From assembly GCF_988242995.1 (NCBI RefSeq), contig NZ_OZ547043.1: a DNA stretch of 64,000 nt. The stretch is one strand, 5' to 3'. Below the pieces are notes generated by a model that saw nothing but the letters and a program-made list of their open reading frames with translations, was not told the origin of the DNA and did no database searches. The number at the start of each line of letters is the position of its first letter. The stretch's first letter is position 1. The translations under genes and the position numbers were made by a program. Below are positions 50,889 through 62,253 of this stretch, piece after piece.

Positions 50889-52067
50889 TTATTTCCTCCG
50901 CAACGTTACGCCGCCGGAAACCACATCACCCTCTTTCTGTAACGCGTCCTGTTGCACAACATAATCTGCCGCCAGTGCGCTACGCAGTTTGTCGAAGCTG
51001 GCAAAGTTTGCAGCCCGTAGCTGAAGGTGAAGCGTCTGGCGTTTTTGATCAAAGGTGAAACCACGCATTTCGATGTCGGTAAGTGACGCTGATTTCAGGG
51101 TACTGGCGATCGCTGACAATTCTGCGAGCAGCCGGGTATCGTCGGCCTGTGGGCGATATTTTTTCAGCGCCATCGTCACCTGAGAGCGTAAATTCACAAT
51201 CCGCTTCTGCTCCGGGAACAACGTTAAGAACTGTTTCTCCGCCTGGGTGCGGCTTTGCGCCACCTGTTCGCTGACGCTCCATAACGTCACGCCCCGTTCC
51301 ACTGCCAGCGCAACCAGAATCAGCAATATCGGCAGAATCATCACCCGCCAGCGCGCCCACTGTTTTCGGTAGCTGACCCGAGGCTGCCACGGCCCTGTTA
51401 GCAGATTCCCGTACGGTTCGCCATAAATGGTAATGGCGGGCAGAGCCGTAACGGTCAGGCGTTCAGCATCTGGGCCAGCCCATGCAGATAGTTCTTCCGG
51501 TGCGATTCCGACCACGGTTAGCGAAAGCGGTAAATTCTGCTCATTGAGCTGTGCGCGGAACATGACCGGAGCCAGCGCCCGCTCGGCGCTCCATCCCCGG
51601 CATTCATCGATGCGGCAGATAACCCGTTGCGCATCGCCAGCCATAAACCCACAAGGAATGGACATCCAGTCCGGCGCGACGGTAGCGCGGGTGATGCCGT
51701 TTGCCTGCAACCACTGCGCAATGTTGCGCATATGCTGTTGGTGAATCACTGCTACGGTTGCCAGTTGCTGGTCGATTTTCAACGGGGCGAAATGCAGTTC
51801 ATCGATATCCTGGTTCAGCTCTTCTTCCAGTAAGGCGGGCAGAATAGTCGGTATCTGCTTGCGGGCGACATCAGGCAGTTCAACCTGCCAGACGCTGATC
51901 CATTCGCCGGGAATGTAGAGTCGAATCGCATCAGTTTGCAGCCATTGCTGGAGCTGTTCGTTGTCAACGTCAGACCAGATGCCGTGCTCCACGTCGGTGG
52001 TACGGTGCTGCCAACGGATGGGATCGGAGGCGCAAAGCGGGATAAAAATCTCAAGCATGGAACTCAC
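50889..52067 (-). CDS. gspL: Type II secretion system protein L
   Basis: 392-aa ORF between gspK and gspM. Confidence 0.8.
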   Translation of the reverse strand: MSSMLEIFIPLCASDPIRWQHRTTDVEHGIWSDVDNEQLQQWLQTDAIRLYIPGEWISVWQVELPDVARKQIPTILPALLEEELNQDIDELHFAPLKIDQQLATVAVIHQQHMRNIAQWLQANGITRATVAPDWMSIPCGFMAGDAQRVICRIDECRGWSAERALAPVMFRAQLNEQNLPLSLTVVGIAPEELSAWAGPDAERLTVTALPAITIYGEPYGNLLTGPWQPRVSYRKQWARWRVMILPILLILVALAVERGVTLWSVSEQVAQSRTQAEKQFLTLFPEQKRIVNLRSQVTMALKKYRPQADDTRLLAELSAIASTLKSASLTDIEMRGFTFDQKRQTLHLQLRAANFASFDKLRSALAADYVVQQDALQKEGDVVSGGVTLRRK

Positions 52068-53041
52068 TCACTTTCTCCTGTCTGATGCCAGAGAACAGAA
52101 AAGTGTTGTGGGCCCATGCGGACAATTAACGAATTCATCGTCAGTTCAATCTCATTCACGGTGATATCTGAACGCAGCCAGAAGTAATTGCTGTCCACGC
52201 TCAGGACGGTTTTTAGCTGTTTTTTAGTACGCTCATCGACGTCAGCAAGTAGCGGCTGCGCAAGAAACTGATCGACATCTTCCCAGCCTTTCGCCGGACG
52301 TTGTTGTAATAACGCCCGCGCCTGAACAGGGCTTAACCACGGGTCAAACAGCGCCTCAAGAATCACACTTTGCGTGACGTCTAAGGTATTGATGTTGATT
52401 TGCTGGCGGGTCATCGGCAGCGCACAGACCAGCGGTTTCAGTTTTTGATAAAGTCCGGCGTCCATTCCCTGCACCACGCGCATCTCGCTGATATCAGCCA
52501 GCGGTTGATTGGCAGCGTAAAACGGCACCGAACGGGCGAGATACTCGCTGTCTTCACGGCCCAGACGCGTCTGCACGCTGCGGTCTTCGTCAATAAACTC
52601 CCACAGGCTTTCGGCTATCAGTTCGGCCCGATAAGCAGGCACATTGAGGCGTGATATCAGGGCAATCAGTTGTTGTACCGCAATAGGACGCGACGCCGTC
52701 GTCGGCTGAGCGAGGGCATTCAGGTTAAAGCAGGCCTGGGCGTCACGCAGAGTGACGGCGATTTGCCCCTGCGGCAGTGGGAAAAAACGAGGGCCGGAAG
52801 CCCACGGCTGCGCCAGATGCACGCGCTTTTCATTTTTCAGGCTCAGACTGAGCGCGCTCAGCGCCAGGCTTTCCGCACTGGCGCTGTACCACAGCGCCTG
52901 CTGGTACTCCTGCTGGCTGCGCGTTCGCCCAAGTTGTTGCTGCATTCGCCCGGAAAGCGTGATGGTCACCAGCATCATAACCGCCAGCAATACCAGCACC
53001 ACGACCAGTGCCATTCCGCGTTTTGGTGGTGAGGTGATCAT
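52064..53041 (-). CDS. gspK: Type II secretion system minor pseudopilin K
   Basis: 325-aa ORF with an N-terminal hydrophobic pseudopilin-like segment; overlaps gspJ and gspL. Confidence 0.8.
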   Translation of the reverse strand: MITSPPKRGMALVVVLVLLAVMMLVTITLSGRMQQQLGRTRSQQEYQQALWYSASAESLALSALSLSLKNEKRVHLAQPWASGPRFFPLPQGQIAVTLRDAQACFNLNALAQPTTASRPIAVQQLIALISRLNVPAYRAELIAESLWEFIDEDRSVQTRLGREDSEYLARSVPFYAANQPLADISEMRVVQGMDAGLYQKLKPLVCALPMTRQQININTLDVTQSVILEALFDPWLSPVQARALLQQRPAKGWEDVDQFLAQPLLADVDERTKKQLKTVLSVDSNYFWLRSDITVNEIELTMNSLIVRMGPQHFSVLWHQTGESE

Positions 53042-53643
53042 GATAATTGCGGCCCGCGTAACAACCAGATGCGTTCAATTTCGCCCCACTGCGGCGAATG
53101 CAGGGTTATGCGTACCGCCACGGGGATCGCCTGTACTGACGACCAGCTCTCCTGCCAGCGCATACCATCATAGAACTGCAAACGAAGCGAATCCGCCGGA
53201 ATCAACTTTTGCATTGTCGGCTTCACGCTGCCTGCTGCGTCGGTCAGCGGCCAGGCTAACCGTTCGAGATAACCGTCATGAATGCGGTAACCGACGGTGA
53301 GCAGATTACTGCGCGGCAGACGCATCAACGGGTTAACCACGCCGCCACGCACAAAGCGCATCCCTTCACTCTCAGACGCCAGCACGCCAGGGCCAGCCAG
53401 TAACGCTGGTTCACGCTGGCCCTGATCGCCTCTTACCGGACGCGGCATCATTTGTGTCAGATCGTGGGTCAGAAAACTCATCGTTTGCTGCATGAGGTTT
53501 AGTTTTTGATCGTGTCCGGCGACGGCGCTATTCACGCGTGTGACGCCGTTAGTCACCTGCTGCGCCATCAGTGCCAGCGAGGCAAAAATGGCTATCGCCA
53601 CCAGCATTTCCAGTAACGTGAAACCAGCGCGAGTCCTTCTCAC
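53038..53643 (-). CDS. gspJ: Type II secretion system minor pseudopilin J
   Basis: N-terminal prepilin motif GFTLLEMLVAIAIF. Confidence 0.8.
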   Translation of the reverse strand: MRRTRAGFTLLEMLVAIAIFASLALMAQQVTNGVTRVNSAVAGHDQKLNLMQQTMSFLTHDLTQMMPRPVRGDQGQREPALLAGPGVLASESEGMRFVRGGVVNPLMRLPRSNLLTVGYRIHDGYLERLAWPLTDAAGSVKPTMQKLIPADSLRLQFYDGMRWQESWSSVQAIPVAVRITLHSPQWGEIERIWLLRGPQLS

Positions 53644-54011
53644 TGTTGGCCTCCCACGGCGCTAAACCAGGCGCGTCGTGACTGAATCACCGACGAAAAG
53701 TCTTCGTGACGGCTGACTTCAATATCCACGGCCTGGAGCAGCGCGTTGCCTGTACTCAGCGGTGTGGTTCGCCAGTACCAGCGGCTTCCTGCCATATCGC
53801 TCTCGCCCTGGTGGCTGACCGCCCGCTGCTCGCGGGTCATCAGGTAGAGCAGCGCAGTCTGGTTTTCAGCCACCCAGCCCGCTACCGTTTTTTCCTCAAG
53901 AACGTGCTGATTACTCAGCGCGCCGCTGGCAATCTGTAACACCGCCGTGGCAGCCAGCGCAAAAATCGCCAGCGCGAGCATCACTTCCAGCAAGGTAAAT
54001 CCACGCTTCAT
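53640..54011 (-). CDS. gspI: Type II secretion system minor pseudopilin I
   Basis: N-terminal prepilin motif GFTLLEVMLALAIF. Confidence 0.8.
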   Translation of the reverse strand: MKRGFTLLEVMLALAIFALAATAVLQIASGALSNQHVLEEKTVAGWVAENQTALLYLMTREQRAVSHQGESDMAGSRWYWRTTPLSTGNALLQAVDIEVSRHEDFSSVIQSRRAWFSAVGGQQ

Positions 54012-54571
54012 GGCATCCTCTCATCACATTGACTGAGGGATAACACGCCATCGTGTGCCAGTTTTACCGCCCAACATGCGTTTTGCGCCGCCGAGTAGAA
54101 GCGCAGCGTAAACGGCGTGGCGGGTTCAAAAGGCGAAAAACGGATCTGCGGCGTCTTCTTTTTCGCCTCTTTTTGCAGCTCCAGTTCAATATCGTGCAGC
54201 GTCAGGCGACGACGCTGCAGCTCCAGCGCATACTCCTTCTGCCAGATATCACTGCCGGGTTGTAACAGCACCTGCACCTGTTTTGGCACCGTAACCTGTG
54301 CCGATAACCGGGTCGCAGAAACGGGCAGCCACTGCCCGTGACGACGCTGCATAAACTGATAGCCAGGCGGGTCGATTAGTACACCGAGTGTTTGCCCTTC
54401 GATCACTGCCCTGTCCTTAAACTGCGCAAAGCGAGTCAGAAAATCCTGCGCCGCTTTTTTCGCGGGCGATTCAGAATCGGTCGCAAACGTCTGTACCACG
54501 CCCGCACTGGCAAGGCCGATAAGGAAAATCACCAGCATGATTTCCAGAAGTGTGAATCCGCGTTCAGGCAC
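54008..54571 (-). CDS. gspH: Type II secretion system minor pseudopilin H
   Basis: N-terminal prepilin motif GFTLLEIMLVIFLIG. Confidence 0.8.
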   Translation of the reverse strand: MPERGFTLLEIMLVIFLIGLASAGVVQTFATDSESPAKKAAQDFLTRFAQFKDRAVIEGQTLGVLIDPPGYQFMQRRHGQWLPVSATRLSAQVTVPKQVQVLLQPGSDIWQKEYALELQRRRLTLHDIELELQKEAKKKTPQIRFSPFEPATPFTLRFYSAAQNACWAVKLAHDGVLSLSQCDERMP

Positions 54572-54574
54572 TGA

Positions 54575-55030
54575 TTACTGAAACTCCTGCAAATTCCAGT
54601 TACCGATATCTGCGCCAGCGCCCTCCCCGTTTTCCTGACCATCTGCCCCCAGGGTATAAACATCAAACAGTCCTTTTTCACCCGGGCTGAGATACTGATA
54701 ATCATTGCCCCACGGATCTTTTGGCAGTCGTTTAATGTATCCACCGGTACGGTAGTTGCGGGAGTCCGCCATATTGGCCGGTTGCTGGATCAGCGCCTCA
54801 AGCCCCTGCTCGGTAGTCGGATAACGCCCGTTATCCAGTCGGTACATATCCAGCGCATTCTCCAGCGCCACGATATCGCTGATGGCTTTTTGCCGATCGG
54901 CTTTCTCTTTGTTGCCCAGCAGGTTAGGCACCACCAGACTTGCCAGGACGCCAAGAATAACAATAACCACCATCACTTCCAGCAGGGTAAAACCTGCCCG
55001 TGGTTTTTGTGTGCGGGATAACGAATTCAT
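54575..55030 (-). CDS. gspG: Type II secretion system major pseudopilin G
   Basis: Start placed at internal ATG 55030 (MNSLSRTQKPRAGFTLLEVMVVIVILG…); classic type IV pilin-like N-terminus. Confidence 0.85.
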   Translation of the reverse strand: MNSLSRTQKPRAGFTLLEVMVVIVILGVLASLVVPNLLGNKEKADRQKAISDIVALENALDMYRLDNGRYPTTEQGLEALIQQPANMADSRNYRTGGYIKRLPKDPWGNDYQYLSPGEKGLFDVYTLGADGQENGEGAGADIGNWNLQEFQ

Positions 55031-55046
55031 GTGATAACTCCGTAAA

Positions 55047-56270
55047 TTACATTCCAACCATATTGTTCAGTTGTAGCATCGGCTCGAGGATGGCGATGAC
55101 GATAAACAGCACCACGCCCGCCATCATCACCACCAGAGCAGGCTCAAACAGCCCTAACGCCAGCCCCACCCGGGTATCAAATTCCCGTTCCTGGTTGACT
55201 GCGGCCTGTTCAAGCATGGTTTCCAGTTCACCGCTCTGTTCGCCGGAGGCGATCATGTACAGCATCATCGGCGGGAACAGGCGCAACTCCGCCAGCGCGG
55301 CGCGCAAGCTGCTTCCTTCGCGGACGCGATCTGCCGCCAGCAGCAGTTGTTGCTCGACATAACGATTTGCCGACACGGCGGCGGCGGTCTGAATGCCTTC
55401 CAGCAGCGGAACACTGCTGGCGGTGAGGATGCTTAATGTGCGGGAAAAACGCGCCGTATTCAGTCCGCGCGCAACACGCCCCGTCACGGGCAAACGCAGC
55501 AAGGTTTTATCCCAGCGCAGGCGCATCGCAGGATTTTTGAGTAGCCGTTGCCCCAGCACCAGAAGCCCCAGAAAACCCGCCAGCCAGTACACGCCGCTGG
55601 CCTGTAACGCGTCGCTCATAGCGATGAGCATTCGGGTGGAGGCGGGTAGCGCGTGTCCGAGATGATCAAACTGTTCGATAATTTTCGGCACTACTGCCGT
55701 CAGCAAAATAGTGACCACGCCCGTTGCCACCACCAGCAGAACCAGCGGGTAGAGCATGGCCTGCAGCAGGCGTGATTTCAGACGCTGCCGCTGTTCGGTG
55801 TAATCCGCCAGGCGATTGAGCACCACGTCGAGATGTCCGGATTTTTCTCCGGCAGCGACCATCGAACAAAACAGGGAATCAAAGACGCGGGGATGTTCGC
55901 GCAGGCTGTCCGACAGGGTATAGCCTTCCTGAATCCGACTGCGCAGCGCCATTCCGAGGCTTTTCACATGCAGTTTTTCACTTTGCTCACTGACCGCCTG
56001 TAAGCAGGTTTCCAACGGCATTGCTGCCTGCACCAGCGTTGCCAGTTGGCGCGTGAACAGCGCCAAATCTGCCGCCGCCACGCGACGATGTGCGTGCCGC
56101 CGACGCTGCAACATCCCCCCTGACGAAGTATTCATCCGGGCTTCAATATGCACGGGGATAAGCTCTTTACCGCGCAACAACTGGCGGGCATGACGCGCGG
56201 AATCCGCCTCAATCATACCTTTGGTTTTGCGACCATTACGCTCCAGCGCCTGATAGTAAAACAGTGCCAT
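55047..56270 (-). CDS. gspF: Type II secretion system inner-membrane platform protein F
   Basis: 407-aa polytopic membrane protein in the conserved position. Confidence 0.85.
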   Translation of the reverse strand: MALFYYQALERNGRKTKGMIEADSARHARQLLRGKELIPVHIEARMNTSSGGMLQRRRHAHRRVAAADLALFTRQLATLVQAAMPLETCLQAVSEQSEKLHVKSLGMALRSRIQEGYTLSDSLREHPRVFDSLFCSMVAAGEKSGHLDVVLNRLADYTEQRQRLKSRLLQAMLYPLVLLVVATGVVTILLTAVVPKIIEQFDHLGHALPASTRMLIAMSDALQASGVYWLAGFLGLLVLGQRLLKNPAMRLRWDKTLLRLPVTGRVARGLNTARFSRTLSILTASSVPLLEGIQTAAAVSANRYVEQQLLLAADRVREGSSLRAALAELRLFPPMMLYMIASGEQSGELETMLEQAAVNQEREFDTRVGLALGLFEPALVVMMAGVVLFIVIAILEPMLQLNNMVGM

Positions 56271-57763
56271 TACGCCTCCATGGTTACCCGCAGAACTTCA
56301 TCGAGAGAGGTTTCTCCGGCGAGCACTTTCTCAATGCCGTTGCTGCGGATGCCCGCAGAGTGTTGCCGGACATAACGTTCCAGCTCCAGTTCCCCGGCCT
56401 GACGGTGGATCAAATCACGCAATGTGGCGTCCACCACAATCAGCTCATGGATGGCAGTACGTCCGCGAAAACCTTTGTGATTACAGGCGGGGCAGCCCTG
56501 CGGATGGTACAGCGTGACGGTACGCGCATCGGTAATCCCCAGCAGTCGTTTTTCTTCGTCAGTGGCAGGCGCGGACTGGCGGCAGTCGGTACACAGCGTG
56601 CGAACCAGTCGCTGCGCCATCACGCCCGTCAGACTGGAAGAGAGCAGGAAAGGCCCCACGCCCATATCCTGCAAACGCGTGATCGCCCCCACCGCCGTGT
56701 TGGTATGCAGCGTGGAAAGGACCAGGTGCCCTGTAAGCGATGCCTGGACGGCAATTTCTGCGGTTTCGGTATCGCGGATTTCACCGACCATCACCACATC
56801 CGGGTCCTGACGCAAAATCGCGCGCAGGCCACGGGCGAAGGTCATGCCGACGCGGGTGTTAACCTGCGTCTGACCGATCCCTTCAATCATGTATTCGATA
56901 GGGTCTTCAACCGTGAGAATGTTACGCGAGTGGTTGTTCAGCTCCTGCAATCCAGCATACAGCGTGGTGCTTTTGCCGGAACCCGTCGGCCCCGTCACCA
57001 GAAAGATGCCGTGCGGTTTGTGTAACAGCTGGCGCAACTGCGCAGTCAGTTCGTGACTTAAACCCAGACGCTCCAGCGTCAGGCGGGCCTGGTTTTTGTC
57101 CAGCAGTCGCAGCACCACGCGCTCGCCCCAGGCAGAAGGCATGGTGGAGACACGCACGTCAATCGCCCGACCGCCCAGCAGCAACGCAATACGGCCATCC
57201 TGCGGTACGCGCTTTTCGGCGATATCCAGTCGCGCCATCACCTTGATACGCGACACCAGCAGCGAGGCCAGTTTACGACCGGGGCGCAACATTTCATGTA
57301 ATGTGCCGTCAACACGAAAACGGATCACCAGACTCTTTTCAAACGTCTCAATGTGGATATCCGAAGCGCCTTCTTTGATTGCCTCTGCCAGCATGGCGTT
57401 GATCAGTTTGATGATCGGCGCATCGTCGTCACTTTCCAGCAGATCTTCCGTTTCCGGCAGTTCTTCAGCGAGGGTAAAAAAGTCCTCGGCGGAACCGAGA
57501 TCTTCCATCAGCTGGCGAGCTTCGGAAGAGTCCCGCTGCCAGACCGCATTCAGCCGCTGTTCAAATTCGGCCTCGTCGATTTGCCGCAGCGTAAAGGGCG
57601 CGTTCAGCCCCCGTTGTAGCTCCTGCAAAACAGAGAGCGACAACGGATGAACATGGAGGATCTCCAGCGACGCTTCGCACCATGCCACCAGGCTAAACCG
57701 ACGGCTGAAACTGTAGGGCAGACGCACGGTGTTAGCGGTGGTTTCCTGTGCTACAGGCACCAT
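56270..57763 (-). CDS. gspE: Type II secretion system ATPase E
   Basis: 497-aa ORF with Walker A GPTGSGKS and a Cys cluster (CxxC…CxxC). Confidence 0.9.
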   Translation of the reverse strand: MVPVAQETTANTVRLPYSFSRRFSLVAWCEASLEILHVHPLSLSVLQELQRGLNAPFTLRQIDEAEFEQRLNAVWQRDSSEARQLMEDLGSAEDFFTLAEELPETEDLLESDDDAPIIKLINAMLAEAIKEGASDIHIETFEKSLVIRFRVDGTLHEMLRPGRKLASLLVSRIKVMARLDIAEKRVPQDGRIALLLGGRAIDVRVSTMPSAWGERVVLRLLDKNQARLTLERLGLSHELTAQLRQLLHKPHGIFLVTGPTGSGKSTTLYAGLQELNNHSRNILTVEDPIEYMIEGIGQTQVNTRVGMTFARGLRAILRQDPDVVMVGEIRDTETAEIAVQASLTGHLVLSTLHTNTAVGAITRLQDMGVGPFLLSSSLTGVMAQRLVRTLCTDCRQSAPATDEEKRLLGITDARTVTLYHPQGCPACNHKGFRGRTAIHELIVVDATLRDLIHRQAGELELERYVRQHSAGIRSNGIEKVLAGETSLDEVLRVTMEA

Positions 57764-59823
57764 TAACGCGTTCTCCCGGCATTGAGGAACGCGCGTACTT
57801 CCGGCGGTAAGGCCTGATTTTGCGCTGGCAATATCGGCTGCGCGGTGTGCGGCATCAGGCTTAAGCCTTGCTCATCGCGGTAGATTTGCTCAGCGCGCAT
57901 GTAGTTATATTTGCGCTGCGACACGCCGTCTGCCGCCATACCGTCACGCAAAATGGTCGGGCGGATAAACACCATCAGGTTACGTTTTTCTTTTTTATCC
58001 GCCGTCGATTTAAACAGGTTACCAATCAACGGGATATCACCCAGCAGCGGCACTTTCGCCACGCTTTCTCCCGCCTGGTCGTCCATCAGACCGCCAAGCA
58101 CGATCAGCTCACCATCGTTAGCCAGCACGGTGGTTTTCAGTTTGCGCTCGCCAAACACGACATCGAGGCTGGTCTGCCCTTCCACTTTCGAGACTTCCTG
58201 CTCAATCACCATCTGTACCGCGTTACCTTCATTAATCTGCGGCGTGACTTTCAGCATGATGCCGACTTTTTTCCTCTCTACCGTATTGAAAGGATTGCTG
58301 TTATTGGAGCCAACGGTAGATCCAGTTAATACCGGAACGTCCTGGCCCACCATGAAGAAGGCTTCCTGGTTGTCCAGCGTGGTGATACTCGGCGTGGAGA
58401 GCACGTTCGAGCTGGAGTCGTTTTTGACCGCCTGTACCAGCGCCATCCAGTCGCCTTTCACCACGCCAACCGCCGTACCGCTAAAGCCAGAAAGAAGCTG
58501 AGCAAGCGTGGAGAGATCGCCGTTAGTATCCGGATTTATGGTGGTAGCACCGTTTTCACTGATCACCGTCGAGCCTTTCTGCGGTTTTGCCTGAGAAATC
58601 GCTGCGCCCAGCGTACCGATAGGGATCTGCGTACCGTTAGCAAACTGCATTAATCCGGCATCTTTCGACGCCCACTGCACGCCGAAGTTGATATTGCTGC
58701 CTTCAGCAACTTCCACGATTAACGCCTCGACATGCACCTGAGCACGGCGAATATCCAGTTGTTCAATCACGCTTTGCAGCGACTGCATGATGTCCTGCGG
58801 CGCGGTAACAATCAGGGCATTACTGTGTTTGCTGGCGGCGATGGAGACAACCTCACGCCCGCTACCGACCGTGCCTTCCGCCTCTTCTTTAGCCGCCGTG
58901 AGCGTGCCGCTGACCTGCTTCAGCACATCGACCAGATCTTCGGCTTTGCTGTATTTGAGATAGAAAACCTGGCTGTTGCCGCTGCGTTCCATTTCTGAGT
59001 CCAGCCGACGGATCAGGCGGCGCATTTTGTCCCGCGTGGCGGGATCACCACTGACAATCACACTGTTGGTGCGTTCATCGGCGACAATTTGAGATTTCAG
59101 CGTTGCTGGCTGGTTCTCGCCGCTGTTTTTGGTCAGGCTTTCCAGCACGCGGGCGATTTCCGAAGCCGAGGCGTTATCCAGCGGGATCACCTCTTCAGTG
59201 CGATTACCCGCGTGATCCACGCGCTGGATCACTTCCGTCAGGCGCTCCACGACGGAGGCGCGTCCGGTGAGCATAATTACGTTGGAGGGATCGTAGTTAA
59301 CTACGTTTCCAGACCCCGCGCTGTCGATCATCTGGCGCAGGATCGGTGCCAGCTCGCGGACCGACACATTACGTACCGGCACTACTTTGGTGACCATTTC
59401 ATCGCCCGCGTAGTTGTCGCTACCTTCACCGACCAACGGCAGTGGCTCGACTTTCGCGGCGCTGGATTTCACCACCTTCAGCACGTCGTTTTCCATCGGT
59501 ACGACGGCATACCCCTGTGCTTCCAGCAGGTTAAGGAATAGCTGGTAATACTGGCGTTCATTGAGCGGGGTCATGGTGCGAATACTCACTTTCCCCTGTA
59601 CGCCCGGCCCCATAATGATGGTTTTATTAAGGTTAGCGCCGACGGTTTCGATGAACGATTTCAGGTCGGTATCTTTAAAATTAGCGGTGAAAGTGGCTTC
59701 TTCCGCCCAGACCGGTGAACTGCATAATGCCGCTGCCAGCACCAGCGGCAGTAAACGCTTTTTTGTTTTGAGGCCAGTTGTCTTCTTACGCCAGACCGAC
59801 AACGTAATATCACGCCAAAACAC
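57763..59823 (-). CDS. gspD: Type II secretion system secretin D
   Basis: 686-aa ORF with a signal peptide and a secretin-like C-terminal domain. Confidence 0.85.
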   Translation of the reverse strand: MFWRDITLSVWRKKTTGLKTKKRLLPLVLAAALCSSPVWAEEATFTANFKDTDLKSFIETVGANLNKTIIMGPGVQGKVSIRTMTPLNERQYYQLFLNLLEAQGYAVVPMENDVLKVVKSSAAKVEPLPLVGEGSDNYAGDEMVTKVVPVRNVSVRELAPILRQMIDSAGSGNVVNYDPSNVIMLTGRASVVERLTEVIQRVDHAGNRTEEVIPLDNASASEIARVLESLTKNSGENQPATLKSQIVADERTNSVIVSGDPATRDKMRRLIRRLDSEMERSGNSQVFYLKYSKAEDLVDVLKQVSGTLTAAKEEAEGTVGSGREVVSIAASKHSNALIVTAPQDIMQSLQSVIEQLDIRRAQVHVEALIVEVAEGSNINFGVQWASKDAGLMQFANGTQIPIGTLGAAISQAKPQKGSTVISENGATTINPDTNGDLSTLAQLLSGFSGTAVGVVKGDWMALVQAVKNDSSSNVLSTPSITTLDNQEAFFMVGQDVPVLTGSTVGSNNSNPFNTVERKKVGIMLKVTPQINEGNAVQMVIEQEVSKVEGQTSLDVVFGERKLKTTVLANDGELIVLGGLMDDQAGESVAKVPLLGDIPLIGNLFKSTADKKEKRNLMVFIRPTILRDGMAADGVSQRKYNYMRAEQIYRDEQGLSLMPHTAQPILPAQNQALPPEVRAFLNAGRTR

Positions 59824-59852
59824 GATGAATGATTCTCCTGGATTAAATGCGG

Positions 59853-60812
59853 TTAGCGCAGCGCGATGGAAATGTCGTGGCGCGCACCCTTGCGTAAAAC
59901 CGTAAGTTGAATGGAATCCATTGAAGGTAACTGCCGCATCAGAGCAATCATTGCTCGTGGATCAGTGAAATCCTGCTGATTGAGCGCAATGGCGATATCG
60001 CCTTCCCTGAAACCGCTGGCATCGAACAGAGAACGATCTGCCCCCGGCTTCACTGCATAACCGACAATTCCCTCCTTACGCACAGGCGTAAGCTGGATAT
60101 AGTTAAAAATTTTCTGCGGATCTTTCGCCAGTGCCTGACGCACGGCAGTCGGAATCTCAACTGGCGCACTGACAGCAGGTTCAGCAACAGCTTGTTTTGC
60201 TTCGTCACTGACAGCTTTTTTGTTGGTCACGGCTACGGTGGAACGCTCCTCTTCTGCCAGGCTCAGGCGCTCTATTTTTCCCTGATAGCGCAGCATCACA
60301 TGGTCGCGATTGATTTCCTCAATCACTGCGTTGTGCGAACCAAGCCGTTCCCCCTGCAAATAGACCTGCTGTTTGCCACCTTCTTCAATAACCGCGCCAG
60401 GTCTGGCACCAAAGGCGATCCCGCGCAGCACCACATTAAGACGTGTTTCTGCCACAGGCACAGGTTCAGGTTGTTTTACCGGTGCGGCGACGGGCTGATA
60501 TTTGCCAAACCAGTTTTGCTGGCTGATTAATTGCACGTCATTTTTATCGAACGTTTTTGCATCTGCACGGGGCGGTTTATTCGCCGATGGGGAAACCGCC
60601 GTATATTCCGCAGAAAAGGAGAAATAGCGCCAGAGTGAATGCGCCACTTTTGCAGAAATAATAAGCAGCATCAGCCAGAACATCGCGCGTACAATTTTTC
60701 GCAGATGCTCTTTGTCTGTATTAAGAGATTGTCTCTGGTTAAGAGTGTGACGAATTTTTGTCAGCCATTGAATGAGATAAATTCGTGCGTCACGAAAAAC
60801 AACCCGCGCCAA
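59853..60812 (-). CDS. gspC: Type II secretion system protein C
   Basis: 319-aa ORF with an N-terminal membrane anchor and a C-terminal PDZ-like region; first gene of the gspC-M block. Confidence 0.75.
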   Translation of the reverse strand: MARVVFRDARIYLIQWLTKIRHTLNQRQSLNTDKEHLRKIVRAMFWLMLLIISAKVAHSLWRYFSFSAEYTAVSPSANKPPRADAKTFDKNDVQLISQQNWFGKYQPVAAPVKQPEPVPVAETRLNVVLRGIAFGARPGAVIEEGGKQQVYLQGERLGSHNAVIEEINRDHVMLRYQGKIERLSLAEEERSTVAVTNKKAVSDEAKQAVAEPAVSAPVEIPTAVRQALAKDPQKIFNYIQLTPVRKEGIVGYAVKPGADRSLFDASGFREGDIAIALNQQDFTDPRAMIALMRQLPSMDSIQLTVLRKGARHDISIALR

Positions 60813-60829
60813 TTTATATCTACCCGACG

Positions 60830-61231
60830 TTATGCTTTGACTATTCCACAGGTGGTACGATCCAGTTTCCGCTGATACTGGTTACCTGTACGTGTATCAT
60901 TAATCGTTATGCTGTAATTAATTCCCTCGGTAATCATTAATTTCACCGTCGGGTCAGCGCACATTTGTCGTTGATAGCTGGTTAAAAAGGCATCAGGCGT
61001 CTGCGTGGTCTGAGCACCCGCTTCGCTGATAATGGTCATTTTTACCGTCGTGCCGCTACTTTGCGCCAGCACTAAGGTATATGCCGCAGATTTAATCGGC
61101 AGGTTTTGGCTGATATTTTGCGCCTGTTTTTTCGCCAGTAAACTGGCATTTTCATTATGGCTGGCACAGCCACTTAATAATCCCAACAATAGCGATATTA
61201 ATACCCTCCCTGGCATTTGTTTTATCGACAT
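60830..61231 (-). CDS. yghG: Lipoprotein YghG (T2SS pilotin AspS-like)
   Basis: 133-aa ORF with a lipoprotein signal peptide (LLGLLSGCAS lipobox). Confidence 0.75.
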   Translation of the reverse strand: MSIKQMPGRVLISLLLGLLSGCASHNENASLLAKKQAQNISQNLPIKSAAYTLVLAQSSGTTVKMTIISEAGAQTTQTPDAFLTSYQRQMCADPTVKLMITEGINYSITINDTRTGNQYQRKLDRTTCGIVKA

Positions 61232-61296
61232 GGTAAATAATCTCTAAGGTTATTAATAAGAGTAAAAATGTCACTTCGATAATGACGTGGTTATCA

Positions 61297-62106
61297 TTAA
61301 AACAATGCCTGTAGATAAAGTGTTGCTATACCGCCCAGACTTAAACACGGTCCAAAAGGCAGTGTGGTTGATCCTCTTTTTGTAATAACGGCATATATCA
61401 GGCCGCAGCATGAGGCGATTAAAGCAACGTTGGGCAGTGATAACGCCCCCACCCAGCCACCTAAAGCGGCGAAGAGTAATACATCGCCCATGCCTAATGC
61501 TTCTTTACGCAGAACTATTCCGGCTATCCAGCGCAGGGAGTAAAAAGTGATAAATCCCACCAGTACGCCGGTAACTGCGTCTTGTAGCGTGAGCGGACTC
61601 TGCTGGACCCATGCCGCAATCAGCCCGGTCCACAATACGCCCTGAGTAAAAACATCGGGCAGCCATTGGTTATCGAGGTCAATGATGCTCGCGGCAATCA
61701 GCCAGGCGGATAATATCATCACCGCCAGCCCCCATCCACTTTCTGGCCACACCAGACTCGCCAGCAAAAAAGCGAGTGCCGTCAATAACTCCACCAGCGG
61801 ATAACGCTTGCTGATTTTCGCCTGACAGTCGCGGCAGCGCCCTTTGAGCATCAGCCAGGAGAGCAGCGGAATATTGTCACGAACGCGGATAGTCTGCTGG
61901 CAATGCGGACAGTGCGAGCGTGGCAGCGCCAGGCTTATTTTTGACTGCGCACTCGGCATTTCACCGTGAAACTCCGCCATTTGTTGGCGCAGCATGATGG
62001 GGTAACGCCAAATCACCACATTCAAAAAACTGCCGATAATCAATCCTCCGACGGTAGCCAGGACGGGCATCGCCGCGGGGTATTGCTGAAAAACATCAAA
62101 AAGCAT
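61297..62106 (-). CDS. pppA: Prepilin peptidase (A24 family)
   Basis: 269-aa polytopic membrane protein with an N-terminal Cys pair (CPHCQ…CRDC) typical of prepilin peptidases. Confidence 0.8.
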   Translation of the reverse strand: MLFDVFQQYPAAMPVLATVGGLIIGSFLNVVIWRYPIMLRQQMAEFHGEMPSAQSKISLALPRSHCPHCQQTIRVRDNIPLLSWLMLKGRCRDCQAKISKRYPLVELLTALAFLLASLVWPESGWGLAVMILSAWLIAASIIDLDNQWLPDVFTQGVLWTGLIAAWVQQSPLTLQDAVTGVLVGFITFYSLRWIAGIVLRKEALGMGDVLLFAALGGWVGALSLPNVALIASCCGLIYAVITKRGSTTLPFGPCLSLGGIATLYLQALF

Positions 62107-62253
62107 GGTTAAAGGTTGTTTGTTGTAATTTGCCGGATGCGGGCCTGCGGGTGTATGCCATATGGCTTTCCTCCAGGCCCGATAAGCTGGCGCAACCCGG
62201 TGCGCCTTATTTCATGCCGGATGCGGCGTGAACGCCTTATCCGGCATACAGGA